A DNA stretch of 64,000 nt from Escherichia coli. Its GTDB lineage: Bacteria > Pseudomonadota > Gammaproteobacteria > Enterobacterales > Enterobacteriaceae. How positions within the stretch are numbered: the first letter of the stretch is position 1; the number at the start of each line of letters is the position of its first letter. Below, one piece after another: positions 15,304-26,928 of the stretch. Location: the NCBI RefSeq assembly GCF_011045215.1, contig NZ_CP049201.1. The stretch is one strand, 5' to 3'. The notes under the pieces were generated by a model that was not told the DNA's origin, made no database searches, and saw nothing but the letters and a program-made list of their open reading frames with translations. Position numbers and translations under genes: made by a program.

Positions 15304-16158
15304 TTAACCTGCAATAGCCACTCCTACCGTCATGTGCAGGCCATAAAAGAGCACACGCCCGATCATCTCACCGCCAAGAATGAGGATTAACCCCAGAATA
15401 AGTCCGGCAACGTGAGGTTCACGGCGACGTATGAGCGGACAAAGCCAGCATCCTAGACCTGCACATAACAATACCACACGCCAGACCTGTAAGGAGGCGT
15501 AATCTGGTACCAGTGCGCTGGCTTGTTGCACGGATGAGTGAATAGACGACAGAGACAAACCTTGCAGCACAATCACCCCGGCACAAGCGATCAGCGCCAG
15601 AACGCTAATGATGGCAAATGGTGTGGTATTAAATGTAACGCGGGCTGCCCGCAGAATTGCGGCAGCAAGTATTGGACCACTCAACAATACCGTCAGGAAG
15701 AAAGCCAGCGTAGTGTAACCGTTATGCCAGGTTGGCACAGTGTCGATTTGATACACGCAGGTCATCATCCAGACGAAAATGACGCCGAGCGCCATGCTGA
15801 CAAGTAACCAGAGTTTCCCCAACGCTTGCGGCATTTTACCGATGACCGCCACCAGCCACCATAGTCCGCCAACGGCAAAAAATATGGAACCGGCAGCAAT
15901 CTCGTTACTCAGACCAGAAGCTCCGATTCGATTCAGCGAGTTAAACGCCCGCAGTGGCGATCCCAGGTGCATGACAGAGGCAATAAACCCGATGCCCATC
16001 AACAGCCAGAGGAAAAACATGCCACGAACAATGTGCTGACGGTCTGCGTCATTTTTGGCGGCGAACCAGCCAATTCCGCTAACAATCAGCGCGCCTACTA
16101 CGCATTGACCCAATACGGTAAAGATAACCAGTGGCCATTCATGCCATCCATTTCCCAT
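15304..16158 (-). CDS. ynfH: DMSO reductase-type membrane anchor subunit YnfH
   Basis: 284-aa DmsC-family polytopic protein starting MGNGWHEW...; the longer upstream in-frame ORF overlaps ynfG and is rejected. Confidence 0.85.
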   Translation of the reverse strand: MGNGWHEWPLVIFTVLGQCVVGALIVSGIGWFAAKNDADRQHIVRGMFFLWLLMGIGFIASVMHLGSPLRAFNSLNRIGASGLSNEIAAGSIFFAVGGLWWLVAVIGKMPQALGKLWLLVSMALGVIFVWMMTCVYQIDTVPTWHNGYTTLAFFLTVLLSGPILAAAILRAARVTFNTTPFAIISVLALIACAGVIVLQGLSLSSIHSSVQQASALVPDYASLQVWRVVLLCAGLGCWLCPLIRRREPHVAGLILGLILILGGEMIGRVLFYGLHMTVGVAIAG

Positions 16159-16159
16159 T

Positions 16160-16777
16160 TTACACTTCCTCCGGATTAGCCAGATAACCAGTGGTATCGC
16201 CGGTCGGGCGGCTGTTGGCGTTAGGTTTGATAACGATATTGGGTTTTGTGAAATGCGCGCGCGGCAGTGGCGCGACGGCAGCCAGAGTGCCGTGCTTCTG
16301 GCGCAGCTCTTCAATTGGACCGAACTCAAGTGCACGCAGCGGGCAGGATTCGACGCATATGGGTTGTTTCCCCTCGGCGACGCGCGAATAACAACCATCG
16401 CACTTCGTCATGTGCCCTTTTTCAGCATTGTACTGTGGCGCGCCGTACGGACAAGCCATGTGGCAGTAGCGGCAGCCGATACAAACATCTTCATCAACCA
16501 CCACAAAGCCATCTTCACGCTTATGCATTGCGCCGCTGGGGCAGACTTTTGTACATGCGGGGTCATCGCAATGGTTACAGGAGATGGAGAGATAATAAGC
16601 GAACACGTTCTGGTGCCAGACGCCATTATCTTCCTGCCAGTCGCCGCCAGCATATTCATAAATACGGCGGAAACTGACTTCCGGGCCAAGATCTTTAAAA
16701 TCTTTGCACGCCAGTTCGCAGGTTTTACAGCCAGTGCAGCGGCTGGAATCGATAAAAAATCCATATTGTGTGGTCAT
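16160..16777 (-). CDS. ynfG: DMSO reductase-type 4Fe-4S subunit YnfG
   Basis: 205 aa with four CxxCxxCxxxCP ferredoxin motifs. Confidence 0.92.
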   Translation of the reverse strand: MTTQYGFFIDSSRCTGCKTCELACKDFKDLGPEVSFRRIYEYAGGDWQEDNGVWHQNVFAYYLSISCNHCDDPACTKVCPSGAMHKREDGFVVVDEDVCIGCRYCHMACPYGAPQYNAEKGHMTKCDGCYSRVAEGKQPICVESCPLRALEFGPIEELRQKHGTLAAVAPLPRAHFTKPNIVIKPNANSRPTGDTTGYLANPEEV

Positions 16778-16787
16778 GGGCTACTCC

Positions 16788-19214
16788 TTAAACCTTTTCG
16801 ATCTGGACAAGATTGCTGTGCGACGGGTTTCCCTTTGCCAGCGGTGAAGGGCGGTGAGAGGTCAGAATATTAATACTGCCGCCGTGATCGACCCGGTCAC
16901 CAAACATATCCGCTTTAAGCCACGCACCTTGCCCGATGGCGGTAACGCCAGGCAGAATACGCGGAGTCACTTTTGCGGCAATCAGCATTTCTCCATTATT
17001 GTTAAATACCCGCACGGTATCGCCATGACGGATACCGCGAGCCTGAGCATCAATGGGGTTGATCCACACCTCTTGTGGGCAGGCCTGCTGTAACACATCA
17101 ATATTGCCGTAGCTGGAGTGGGTACGCGCTTTGTAGTGGAAGCCCGTTAACTGCAGTGGATAGGTTTTCCGCAGGGGATCGTCCCAGCCATCAAAACCTG
17201 GGGTATACGCAGGAAGGGGATGAATAATTTCATCTTTTTTCAATTCCCAGGTATCTGCAATCTTCGCCAGTCGTTCAGAATAAATTTCGATTTTCCCCGA
17301 AGGTGTTTTCAACGGGTTTGCCTGTGGATCTTCACGGAATGCGCGGAAAGCGACGTAGTGTTCTTCCGGGCATTTTTTCTTAAAGATCCCGGTCGTTTTC
17401 ATCTCCTCGTAGTCGGGCATCTCAGGGTTACGTTCCTTCGTTTTCGCATGGAGATATTTGATCCATTCATGCTGACTGCGACCTTCAGTAAAGGTTTGAT
17501 AAACGTCCGGTCCTAAGCGGTTGGCGACTTCACTCAGCATCCAGTAGATGGGTTTGCGTTCAAATTTTGCTGAGGTTGCGGGTTGGGCGAGGATCACATA
17601 GCCCATATTCCCTGCAGATTCATGAGAGATAAGGTCTTCTTGCTCTGTTGGCATCAGGTCGGGCAACAGGATATCGCAATACTTAGCCGAGGCCGTCATG
17701 AAGTGGTCAATGCCAACAATCATCTCGCACTTGCTGTCATCCTGAAGCACCTCATGGGTGTGATTGATGTCGCCATGTTGATTGATCAATGTGTTACTGG
17801 CGTAGCACCATAAAAACTTGATGGGGACATCCAGTTTTTCTTTTCCACGAACACCATCACGGGTCGCGGTCATTTCCGTACCATGGTCGATGGCATCTGT
17901 CCATGTAAAGACGGAAATCTGCGTTTTAACAGGATTCTCGAGCATCGGGAACCATTCTACCCCCAGATCCCAGCTACCTTCGCGTACGCCTGAGTTGCCG
18001 CCGTTTATGCCGACGTTACCGGTGAGAACGGAAAGCATGGCAATAGCGCGGGATGTTTGTTCGCCGTTGGAGTGTCGTTGTGGCCCCCAACCCTGACAAA
18101 TATAAGCAGGTTTTGCTGAACCGATCTCTCGTGCCAACTGGATAATTTTTTCTGCCGGGATGCTGGTGATTTTTGCTGCCCATTCCGGCGTTTTAGCTAT
18201 GCCGTCAGGCCCTTCGCCCAGAATATAGGCTTTATAATGCGCGTTACGTGGTGCGTTGGCGGGAAGCGTTTTTTCATCGTAACCAACACAATATTTGTCG
18301 AGAAATGGCTGATCGACCATGTTTTCAGTAATCAGTACCCAGGCAATCGCACAGGCCAGTGCGCCATCGGTGCCAGGGCGAATGGGCAGCCATTCATCTT
18401 CACGTCCGGCAGCTGTGTCGTTATAACGTGGATCGATGACGATCATGCGTGCGTTTGAACGTTCGCGGGCTTGCTCGACGTAGTAAGTGACACCACCACC
18501 GCTCATCCGCGTTTCTGCCGGGTTATTTCCGAACATAACGACCAGTTTCGTATTGGCGATATCATCCGGGCTGTTGCCATCATTGGCACCGAACATATAA
18601 CTCATTGCGGCACTGATCTGTGCGGTACTGTAGCTGCCATAGCGACTGAGAAAACCACCGCAAGAGTTCATCAGACGGTACGGGACGTTTGAGTTGGTGA
18701 TGTTTCCGCCATCTACACCTGTTCCGTACAGGACATGTACAGCCTCATTGCCGTAATCTTTTAGGATCTGCCGAAGATTATCACTGATGGTATCCAGGGC
18801 TTCGTCCCAACTTATCCGTTCAAATTTACCTTCACCGCGCTTGCCGACGCGCTTCATGGGATATTTCAACCTATCAGGATGATTCATCCGTCGGCGGATA
18901 GAGCGCCCGCGTAAACACGCTCGAACCTGATGATTACCGTAGACGTCGTCACCTGTCGTATCAGACTCCACCCAGTACACGGTGTCATCTTTCACATGCA
19001 AACGTAACAGACAGCGGCTCCCGCAGTTAACGGTGCAGGAACTCCAGACCGCTTTCTCTTCTACCGGAGCCTCTGCCGCCCGGACCATTTGGGAAAATGG
19101 CAGAGTGAAAGCACTGCTTGCCAGCGCAAGACTGCCAAGTGCGGAGGTTTTCATCAGACTTCTACGGCTGATTTCAGCCTTCATGAGCGCCTCTGTGGTA
19201 TGGATTTTCATCAT
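16788..19214 (-). CDS. ynfF: Tat-exported molybdopterin oxidoreductase catalytic subunit YnfF
   Basis: 808 aa with twin-arginine signal (SRRSLMK) and DmsA-type Cys cluster; paralogue of ynfE. Confidence 0.9.
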   Translation of the reverse strand: MMKIHTTEALMKAEISRRSLMKTSALGSLALASSAFTLPFSQMVRAAEAPVEEKAVWSSCTVNCGSRCLLRLHVKDDTVYWVESDTTGDDVYGNHQVRACLRGRSIRRRMNHPDRLKYPMKRVGKRGEGKFERISWDEALDTISDNLRQILKDYGNEAVHVLYGTGVDGGNITNSNVPYRLMNSCGGFLSRYGSYSTAQISAAMSYMFGANDGNSPDDIANTKLVVMFGNNPAETRMSGGGVTYYVEQARERSNARMIVIDPRYNDTAAGREDEWLPIRPGTDGALACAIAWVLITENMVDQPFLDKYCVGYDEKTLPANAPRNAHYKAYILGEGPDGIAKTPEWAAKITSIPAEKIIQLAREIGSAKPAYICQGWGPQRHSNGEQTSRAIAMLSVLTGNVGINGGNSGVREGSWDLGVEWFPMLENPVKTQISVFTWTDAIDHGTEMTATRDGVRGKEKLDVPIKFLWCYASNTLINQHGDINHTHEVLQDDSKCEMIVGIDHFMTASAKYCDILLPDLMPTEQEDLISHESAGNMGYVILAQPATSAKFERKPIYWMLSEVANRLGPDVYQTFTEGRSQHEWIKYLHAKTKERNPEMPDYEEMKTTGIFKKKCPEEHYVAFRAFREDPQANPLKTPSGKIEIYSERLAKIADTWELKKDEIIHPLPAYTPGFDGWDDPLRKTYPLQLTGFHYKARTHSSYGNIDVLQQACPQEVWINPIDAQARGIRHGDTVRVFNNNGEMLIAAKVTPRILPGVTAIGQGAWLKADMFGDRVDHGGSINILTSHRPSPLAKGNPSHSNLVQIEKV

Positions 19215-19271
19215 TACTCACTTATTGCTTTTCAAACAAAATGTCATGCCAGAATTTATGTTTGTAGTGGG

Positions 19272-21698
19272 TTATATTTTTTCGATCTCGACCAGATTAG
19301 TGTGCTGCGGGTTTCCCTTCGCCAGTGGTGAAGGGCGCAGAGTGGTTAGCGTATTCACACAGCCTCCATGGTCGATTTTATCGCCAGACATATCGGCCTC
19401 GTGCCAGGCTCCCTGGCCCATAGCGCTAACTCCAGGGAGAATACGTGGTGTCACTTTGGCTGGTAGCCGAACTTCGCCACGATGGTTAAACACCCGCACC
19501 ATATCGCCGTTGGCAATCCCACGTTTCTGCGCATCTATAGGGTTGATCCACACCTCCTGACGGCAGGCAGCCTTCAGGAGATCAATATTGCCGTAGGTCG
19601 AGTGAGTACGGGATTTGTAATGGAAACCAAACAGTTGCAGTGGGAAGGTTCTACGTTCAGGGGAGTCCCAGCCTTCAAAGGTTGAGGCATAAACTGGCAG
19701 TGGGCTTATCACTTCATCTTTTTCCAGTTCCCAGGTACGGGCAATTTCCGCCAGCCTGCTGGAATAAATTTCAATCTTACCGGAAGGCGTTTTAAGTGGA
19801 TTTGCCTCGGGGTCGTCACGAAATGCTTTGTAGGCGACAAAATGACCATTGGGATCTTTACGCTTATAGATACCCATTTTTTTCAGTTCGTCGTAAGACG
19901 GTAACGCCGGATCTTTGGCAAGCATTTTGGCGTACAGATGTTGTAACCATTGTTCCTGCGTGCGACCTTCTGTGAACTTTTGATAGACGTCAGGTCCAAG
20001 ACGTTTCGCGACTTCACTCAGGATCCAGTAAATCGGTTTGCGTTCGAATTTTTCGCTGGTGACAGGCTGGAGGAAAATGAGATATCCCATGTTACCGGCG
20101 TAGTCGTTAGGAATAATATCTTCCTGCTCAACGGTCATCAGGTCTGGCAGCAGAATGTCGGCATATTTTGCCGATGAGGTCATAAAGTTTTCGATGACCA
20201 CAATCATTTCGCATTTCGATTCGTCTTGCAGAATTTCATGCGTTTTGTTGATGTCAGAATGCTGATTAACGAGGGTATTTCCCGCGTAGTTCCAGATGAA
20301 CTTAATGGGCACATCCAGTTTATCTTTGCCCCGGACGCCGTCGCGGATTGCCGTCATTTGCGGGCCATGATCGATAGCATCTGTCCAGCTGAAGCAGGAG
20401 ATTGACGTTTTGACCGGATTGTCCAGCACCGGCAGGCGTTCTATGGTAATGGTATAGGTCGATTCACGCGCGCCACTATTTCCGCCGCTGATGCCGACAT
20501 TGCCCGTCAGAATAGGCAACATAGCAATAGCGCGTGCGGTCAGCTCGCCGTTTGCCTGGCGTTGTGGCCCCCAGCCCTGGCAGATATAAGCGGGTTTTGC
20601 TGTGCCAATTTCACGCGCCAGTTTGATGATACGGTCCACCGGGATACCGGTAATTTGCGAAGCCCACTGCGGCGTTTTCGCTGTTTTATCGTCACCTTCA
20701 CCAAGAATATAGGCTTTATAGTGACCATTTTTGGGGGCATCTGCGGGTAAGGTTTTTTCGTCATAGCCGACGCAGTATTTATCGAGAAAAGGTTGATCAA
20801 CGAGATTTTCGTTAATCAATACCCAGGCAATACCCGCAACCAGCGCGGCATCGGTGCCCGGGCGAATAGGAAGCCATTCATCTTCACGACCAGCAGCCGT
20901 ATCGGTATATCGCGGATCGATAACAATCATTTTTGCGTTCGATTTTTCGCGCGCTTTTTCAAGAAGATAAGTGATGCCACCGCCGCTCATGCGGGTTTCT
21001 GCCGGGTTGTTACCAAACATCACGACCAGCTTGCTGTTTTCAATATCCGTGGTGCTGTTGCCATCATTACTGCCGTAGGTGTAGGGCATGGCACAGGAAA
21101 TTTGCGCGGTGCTGTAGGAGCCATACTGATTGAGTGAACCGCCGTAGCAGTTCATCAGGCGTTTGACCGCCGAGGCTGATGGCGAAGAGCGGGTCATATT
21201 GCCGCCAACGATCCCCGAAGAGTACTGAATATATACAGCCTCATTGCCATATTGTTCGACGGTTTTCTTCAGGCTACTGGCGATAGTATCCAGGGCTTCA
21301 TCCCAGCTAATCCGTTCGAATTTGCCTTCGCCGCGTTTGCCCGCGCGTTTCATTGGGTAATTCAAGCGATCGGGATGATTAATACGCCGGCGGATGGAGC
21401 GACCGCGCAAACAGGCGCGTACCTGATGGTTGCCGTACTCATCGCTGCCGGTATTGTCAGTTTCCACCCAGGTCACTTCATTATCTTTAACATGTAGACG
21501 AAGTGCACAGCGGCTACCACAGTTGACGGAACAGGCACCCCAGACCACTTTTTCGCTGGCCTGTTGTACCGCTGCCGCTGCACTGCGCAGGGTGAACGGT
21601 AAAGAAAAACCGCCTGCAGCCAGGGCCAGAGAACCTATCGCGGTAGATTTAACGAGTGTTCTGCGGCTGATGCCCACCATTTGTTCATTTTTGGACAT
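19272..21698 (-). CDS. ynfE: Tat-exported molybdopterin oxidoreductase (selenate reductase) catalytic subunit YnfE
   Basis: 808 aa with twin-arginine signal (SRRTLVK); tandem paralogue of ynfF. Confidence 0.9.
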   Translation of the reverse strand: MSKNEQMVGISRRTLVKSTAIGSLALAAGGFSLPFTLRSAAAAVQQASEKVVWGACSVNCGSRCALRLHVKDNEVTWVETDNTGSDEYGNHQVRACLRGRSIRRRINHPDRLNYPMKRAGKRGEGKFERISWDEALDTIASSLKKTVEQYGNEAVYIQYSSGIVGGNMTRSSPSASAVKRLMNCYGGSLNQYGSYSTAQISCAMPYTYGSNDGNSTTDIENSKLVVMFGNNPAETRMSGGGITYLLEKAREKSNAKMIVIDPRYTDTAAGREDEWLPIRPGTDAALVAGIAWVLINENLVDQPFLDKYCVGYDEKTLPADAPKNGHYKAYILGEGDDKTAKTPQWASQITGIPVDRIIKLAREIGTAKPAYICQGWGPQRQANGELTARAIAMLPILTGNVGISGGNSGARESTYTITIERLPVLDNPVKTSISCFSWTDAIDHGPQMTAIRDGVRGKDKLDVPIKFIWNYAGNTLVNQHSDINKTHEILQDESKCEMIVVIENFMTSSAKYADILLPDLMTVEQEDIIPNDYAGNMGYLIFLQPVTSEKFERKPIYWILSEVAKRLGPDVYQKFTEGRTQEQWLQHLYAKMLAKDPALPSYDELKKMGIYKRKDPNGHFVAYKAFRDDPEANPLKTPSGKIEIYSSRLAEIARTWELEKDEVISPLPVYASTFEGWDSPERRTFPLQLFGFHYKSRTHSTYGNIDLLKAACRQEVWINPIDAQKRGIANGDMVRVFNHRGEVRLPAKVTPRILPGVSAMGQGAWHEADMSGDKIDHGGCVNTLTTLRPSPLAKGNPQHTNLVEIEKI

Positions 21699-21896
21699 AA
21701 CTCACTCCCTGTTCTTTATCGTTATATAAATGTTTATATATTGAATATTTAGCGCGCTAACAATAGAGGGAGTCTACCCATTTTGGGTTAAGAATTATTA
21801 ATCCACATCAATAGAAGGGTATGAGTAATATGGTGGGATTATGTTGTATGTTCAAATCGCCGGATGTGTCATATCCGGCGTTCAGTCGATAATGTG

Positions 21897-22202
21897 TTAC
21901 TGCGGTTCGGCAGGCGCGCCATCCTGGGTAGACTGCGCGGGAGCAGAGACGTTACCGCTGGTGGTGCGGGTGTAGAGAATTTTATGCGTATCATTAGCAC
22001 AATGCCCGACGACCTGGGAATCAGGCTGATCAACCTGGTCATTGGGTACAATACTTAACGTGAAGCTGCTTTCGGGTACGCCATTATTGATAATGCGCTG
22101 TGATATATCGCTCTGTATGCGCTCACAGGATCCCGGCGCGGCGAGTACCGTGGGTGAGGAGAGGGCGAGCAGAAGCGCGGCACAGCAGGCTGAGAGTTTC
22201 AT
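21897..22202 (-). CDS. ynfD: DUF1161-family periplasmic protein YnfD
   Basis: 101 aa from internal ATG (MKLSACCAALLL...) with signal peptide. Confidence 0.8.
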   Translation of the reverse strand: MKLSACCAALLLALSSPTVLAAPGSCERIQSDISQRIINNGVPESSFTLSIVPNDQVDQPDSQVVGHCANDTHKILYTRTTSGNVSAPAQSTQDGAPAEPQ

Positions 22203-22309
22203 CATAAGCTCCTTACGCGAAGATAACTTCTTTAAGCATAGCATTTAACGTGTAAAGTACTGTATTTGCTACTATGATTGAGAATCATCTCTACTCTCTG
22301 GTGACTGAT

Positions 22310-23020
22310 GTGAAATACAAATTACTGCCATGCTTACTCGCGATATTACTCACAGGATGTGACCGCACAGAGGTAACACTTTCATTTACTCCTGAGATGG
22401 CCAGTTTCTCTAATGAATTCGATTTTGATCCGCTGCGTGGTCCGGTAAAAGATTTCACTCAGACATTAATGGATGAGCAAGGTGAAGTGACGAAACGTGT
22501 TTCGGGGACTTTGTCGGAAGAAGGCTGTTTTGATTCACTCGAATTACTGGATCTGGAAAATAATACCGTGGTCGCTCTGGTACTGGACGCCAATTATTAC
22601 CGTGATGCCGAGACGCTGGAGAAGAGAGTACGTTTACAGGGAAAATGCCAGCTAGCGGAATTACCTTCCGCCGGGGTGAGTTGGGAAACCGATGATAATG
22701 GCTTCGTGATTAAAGCCAGCAGCAAACAGATGCAGATGGAATATCGCTATGATGATCAGGGGTATCCGCTGGGTAAAACCACGAAAAGTAACGACAAAAC
22801 ATTATCTGTCAGCGCCACGCCATCAACGGATCCGATCAAAAAATTAGATTACACAGCGGTTACTTTACTGAACAATCAACGGGTTGGTAATGTAAAACAG
22901 AGCTGTGAATATGACAGTCACGCCAATCCGGTGGACTGTCAGCTGATCATTGTTGATGAAGGAGTAAAACCCGCCGTCGAACGGGTTTACACCATCAAAA
23001 ATACAATCGATTATTATTAA
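22310..23020 (+). CDS. ynfC: UPF0257 lipoprotein YnfC
   Basis: 236 aa from a GTG start; lipobox LLTGC. Confidence 0.8.
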   Translation: MKYKLLPCLLAILLTGCDRTEVTLSFTPEMASFSNEFDFDPLRGPVKDFTQTLMDEQGEVTKRVSGTLSEEGCFDSLELLDLENNTVVALVLDANYYRDAETLEKRVRLQGKCQLAELPSAGVSWETDDNGFVIKASSKQMQMEYRYDDQGYPLGKTTKSNDKTLSVSATPSTDPIKKLDYTAVTLLNNQRVGNVKQSCEYDSHANPVDCQLIIVDEGVKPAVERVYTIKNTIDYY

Positions 23021-23022
23021 TG

Positions 23023-23583
23023 CTATTGTGCGGTCGGCTTCAGGAGAGTCTGACCCGGTGTTTTGTGCTCTGCCAGATACTGATGCTGGAATATACACAT
23101 GCGAATGGCATTACGATATTGACCATTAATAAAGAACTCATGCATCAATTCACCTTCAACCGTAAAGCCAAGCTTGCGGTAAATGTGAATCGCTTTTTCA
23201 TTCTCTTTATCGACGATCAGATACAGCTTATAGAGATTGAGAACGGTGAAGCCATAGTCCATTGCTAATTTGGCGGCACGGGTTGCCAGACCTTTCCCCT
23301 GATACTCCGGGGAGATAATTATCTGAAATTCTGCGCGGCGATGAACATGGTTAATTTCCACCAGCTCCACCAGACCGGCTTTTTCGCCGTCACATTCCAC
23401 CACAAAGCGCCGTTCGCTCTGATCGTGAATATGCTTATCATACAGATCAGAGAGTTCAACAAAGGCTTCGTAGGGTTCCTCAAACCAGTAACGCATCACA
23501 CTGGCGTTATTGTCGAGTTGATGTACATAGCGTAAATCTTCACGCTCCAGCGGGCGTAGCTTAACACTGTGGGCGCTTGGCAT
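23023..23583 (-). CDS. speG: spermidine N-acetyltransferase
   Basis: 186-aa GNAT acetyltransferase in conserved position. Confidence 0.92.
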   Translation of the reverse strand: MPSAHSVKLRPLEREDLRYVHQLDNNASVMRYWFEEPYEAFVELSDLYDKHIHDQSERRFVVECDGEKAGLVELVEINHVHRRAEFQIIISPEYQGKGLATRAAKLAMDYGFTVLNLYKLYLIVDKENEKAIHIYRKLGFTVEGELMHEFFINGQYRNAIRMCIFQHQYLAEHKTPGQTLLKPTAQ

Positions 23584-23617
23584 AACGTGTCCTTACATTC
23601 CTTAAATCAATAACAGG

Positions 23618-23959
23618 TTAGGGGGTAATAACGCGGCCAGTTCGACGGTCCAGGCAGCGCAAAGTATTGGGCTCCCAGTAGGCATTGATGTTGGCGCTTT
23701 GCTCACATTTATCGCGGTTATCAAAAGCGGCGTCGGCTTTATCCCACTCTTTTTCAGTGCGTTTATTCACTTTCTGGCGCAGATTGCGCGTGTCATTCCA
23801 TTGCTCTTTTTCCATAGCGGCGTGCTGGCGGCTTTGTGCACTGTCGCCAGACTCAATCACCAGTTTGTTAGTTTCGGCATGAACAGTTGTGCTCAATGCC
23901 AGTGCGCAAGGCAGCAGAAAAGCGAGCAGGCCGATTCGTTTGCTGAGAGTGATTTTCAT
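23618..23959 (-). CDS. ynfB: DUF1283 secreted protein YnfB
   Basis: 113 aa with signal peptide. Confidence 0.85.
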
Positions 23960-24093
23960 AATTCATTCCCTGTGTGAATGATTAAAGGTGATTCTACACC
24001 ATCCACTGCGAACGCAAAACGTACCAGGAGGGTGTTTATATTGATGATATTATGTCGCCCTATAACTATACATGATGTCAATAAGTGACAAAG

Positions 24094-24420
24094 ATGATTA
24101 AAACAACGTTACTATTTTTTGCTACTGCGCTGTGTGAAATTATTGGATGCTTTCTGCCCTGGTTGTGGTTAAAACGAAACGCCAGTATCTGGCTGTTGCT
24201 TCCGGCGGGGATTTCTCTGGCGCTGTTTGTCTGGTTGTTAACGTTGCATCCTGCGGCGAGTGGGCGTGTTTACGCCGCTTATGGTGGCGTTTATGTCTGC
24301 ACGGCGTTGATGTGGCTGCGCGTTGTGGATGGCGTGAAACTGAGTCTTTATGACTGGACGGGGGCGTTGATTGCGCTTTGCGGCATGTTGATCATTGTTG
24401 CCGGCTGGGGGCGCACGTAA
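24094..24420 (+). CDS. ynfA: UPF0060 inner membrane protein YnfA
   Basis: 108-aa 4-TM protein. Confidence 0.85.
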   Translation: MIKTTLLFFATALCEIIGCFLPWLWLKRNASIWLLLPAGISLALFVWLLTLHPAASGRVYAAYGGVYVCTALMWLRVVDGVKLSLYDWTGALIALCGMLIIVAGWGRT

Positions 24421-24625
24421 GGACATAAATCTATTTTATCAATAAGATACGAGGAAGCGTCAGCTGATAAAAGGTACTCTATTTCATCTTTTGTCAACCA
24501 TTCATGGCGAAAATATACGCCTTTTTTTGTGATCACTCCGGCTTTTTTTGATCTTCATACTTGTATGGTAGTAGCTCAGTTGCGTAGATTTCATGCATCA
24601 CGACAAGCGATGCAAGGAATCGAAC

Positions 24626-25840
24626 ATGAAGATCGTAAAGGCTGAAGTTTTTGTTACCTGTCCGGGGCGTAATTTCGTCACATTAAAAATCACCACTAAG
24701 GACGGTATTACGGGCCTTGGGGATGCCACCCTCAATGGACGTGAGCTTTCCGTGGCCTCTTATTTGCAGGATCACCTTTGTCCGCAGCTTATTGGTCGCG
24801 ATGCGCACCGTATCGAAGATATCTGGCAGTTTTTCTATAAAGGTGCTTACTGGCGTCGCGGTCCGGTTACGATGTCGGCCATTTCAGCGGTTGATATGGC
24901 GCTGTGGGATATTAAAGCCAAAGCTGCCAACATGCCGCTTTACCAGTTACTCGGCGGCGCGTCTCGTGAAGGGGTGATGGTTTATTGCCATACCACCGGT
25001 CACAGTATTGATGAAGCTCTGGATGATTATGCCCGTCATCAGGAGCTGGGATTCAAAGCCATCCGCGTGCAGTGCGGCATCCCTGGTATGAAAACCACCT
25101 ACGGCATGTCGAAAGGTAAAGGTCTGGCTTATGAACCCGCAACCAAAGGACAGTGGCCGGAAGAGCAGCTGTGGTCGACGGAGAAATACCTCGATTTCAT
25201 GCCGAAATTGTTTGACGCGGTACGTAACAAGTTTGGTTTTAATGAACATTTGCTGCATGACATGCACCATCGCTTAACGCCTATTGAAGCGGCGCGCTTT
25301 GGTAAAAGCATTGAAGATTATCGCATGTTCTGGATGGAAGACCCGACGCCTGCGGAAAACCAGGAATGCTTCCGTCTCATTCGCCAACATACCGTCACAC
25401 CCATCGCAGTGGGTGAAGTCTTCAACAGCATCTGGGACTGCAAACAACTGATTGAAGAGCAACTCATCGATTATATCCGCACCACGCTGACCCATGCAGG
25501 CGGAATTACCGGTATGCGCCGGATTGCCGATTTTGCTTCGTTGTATCAGGTACGTACTGGCTCACACGGTCCTTCCGATTTGTCACCAGTCTGCATGGCT
25601 GCGGCGCTGCACTTTGATCTGTGGGTCCCCAATTTCGGTGTCCAGGAATACATGGGTTATTCCGAACAAATGCTCGAAGTCTTCCCGCACAACTGGACTT
25701 TCGATAACGGCTATATGCATCCGGGAGACAAACCGGGTCTTGGCATCGAATTAGATGAAAAGCTGGCGGCGAAATATCCCTATGAACCTGCTTATCTACC
25801 AGTCGCACGTCTGGAAGATGGCACGCTGTGGAACTGGTAA
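24626..25840 (+). CDS. rspA: starvation-sensing protein RspA (enolase-superfamily mannonate dehydratase-like)
   Basis: 404 aa from [10 protein letters not shown]...; enolase superfamily. Confidence 0.92.
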   Translation: MKIVKAEVFVTCPGRNFVTLKITTKDGITGLGDATLNGRELSVASYLQDHLCPQLIGRDAHRIEDIWQFFYKGAYWRRGPVTMSAISAVDMALWDIKAKAANMPLYQLLGGASREGVMVYCHTTGHSIDEALDDYARHQELGFKAIRVQCGIPGMKTTYGMSKGKGLAYEPATKGQWPEEQLWSTEKYLDFMPKLFDAVRNKFGFNEHLLHDMHHRLTPIEAARFGKSIEDYRMFWMEDPTPAENQECFRLIRQHTVTPIAVGEVFNSIWDCKQLIEEQLIDYIRTTLTHAGGITGMRRIADFASLYQVRTGSHGPSDLSPVCMAAALHFDLWVPNFGVQEYMGYSEQMLEVFPHNWTFDNGYMHPGDKPGLGIELDEKLAAKYPYEPAYLPVARLEDGTLWNW

Positions 25841-25851
25841 GGAGTAAGATA

Positions 25852-26871
25852 ATGAAAAGCATATTAATTGAAAAACCGAATCAACTGGCGATTGTCGAAC
25901 GTGAAATACCCACCCCGTCAGCGGGTGAAGTACGAGTAAAAGTGAAACTTGCCGGAATTTGTGGTTCAGATAGCCATATTTATCGTGGGCATAATCCTTT
26001 TGCGAAATATCCGCGCGTCATTGGACATGAATTCTTTGGCGTCATTGATGCGGTGGGTGAAGGTGTGGAAAGCGCCAGAGTCGGTGATCGTGTTGCTGTC
26101 GATCCGGTGGTCAGCTGTGGTCATTGCTATCCGTGCTCAATAGGTAAGCCGAACGTTTGTACGACACTCGCTGTATTAGGTGTGCACGCTGACGGTGGTT
26201 TCAGTGAATATGCTGTGGTTCCGGCAAAAAATGCGTGGAAAATTCCTGAAGCATTGGCCGATCAATATGCGGTAATGATCGAACCTTTTACCATTGCGGC
26301 TAACGTAACCGGTCATGGTCAACCGACTGAAAATGATACCGTTCTGGTTTATGGTGCCGGTCCAATCGGCCTGACGATCGTTCAGGTATTAAAAGGCGTC
26401 TATAACGTTAAAAATGTGATTGTTGCCGATCGCATTGATGAACGACTGGAAAAAGCGAAAGAGAGCGGGGCTGACTGGGTGATTAATAACAGCCAGACAC
26501 CGCTTGGCGAGATTTTCGCTGAAAAAGGCATAAAGCCGACATTAATTATCGATGCGGCTTGTCATCCTTCTATCCTGAAAGAGGCCGTAACGCTGGCTTC
26601 TCCAGCGGCACGTATTGTATTGATGGGCTTCTCCAGTGAACCGTCTGAAGTGATTCAGCAAGGAATTACCGGAAAAGAACTCTCTATTTTCTCTTCACGC
26701 TTAAATGCAAATAAATTCCCGGTCGTTATCGACTGGTTAAGTAAAGGGTTAATTAAACCAGAAAAATTAATTACCCATACGTTTGATTTCCAGCATGTTG
26801 CTGATGCCATTAGTTTATTTGAACAGGATCAAAAACATTGCTGCAAAGTCTTACTCACTTTTTCTGAATAA
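25852..26871 (+). CDS. rspB: zinc-type alcohol dehydrogenase-like starvation-sensing protein RspB
   Basis: 339-aa MDR-family dehydrogenase with GHE zinc motif and NAD-binding GAGPIG. Confidence 0.92.
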   Translation: MKSILIEKPNQLAIVEREIPTPSAGEVRVKVKLAGICGSDSHIYRGHNPFAKYPRVIGHEFFGVIDAVGEGVESARVGDRVAVDPVVSCGHCYPCSIGKPNVCTTLAVLGVHADGGFSEYAVVPAKNAWKIPEALADQYAVMIEPFTIAANVTGHGQPTENDTVLVYGAGPIGLTIVQVLKGVYNVKNVIVADRIDERLEKAKESGADWVINNSQTPLGEIFAEKGIKPTLIIDAACHPSILKEAVTLASPAARIVLMGFSSEPSEVIQQGITGKELSIFSSRLNANKFPVVIDWLSKGLIKPEKLITHTFDFQHVADAISLFEQDQKHCCKVLLTFSE

Positions 26872-26928
26872 TACCAATAACGGCGAGTAAGTAGTACGCA
26901 TCTTACCTCTTTTTTAGAGATAACCATT

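Noticed and set aside
15304-16398. 364-aa extended form of the ynfH ORF
   Set aside because: The upstream extension overlaps ynfG; the 284-aa form starting MGNGWHEW matches the expected YnfH length and membrane topology
16253-16873. 206-aa and 136-aa plus-strand ORFs across ynfG
   Set aside because: Antisense to the four-ferredoxin-motif ynfG gene; no RBS and no protein-like composition
16788-21698. ynfE/ynfF near-identical tandem genes as a possible repeat or mobile duplication
   Set aside because: Known ancient tandem paralogues of the DmsA family in the ynfEFGH operon; no flanking mobile-element signatures
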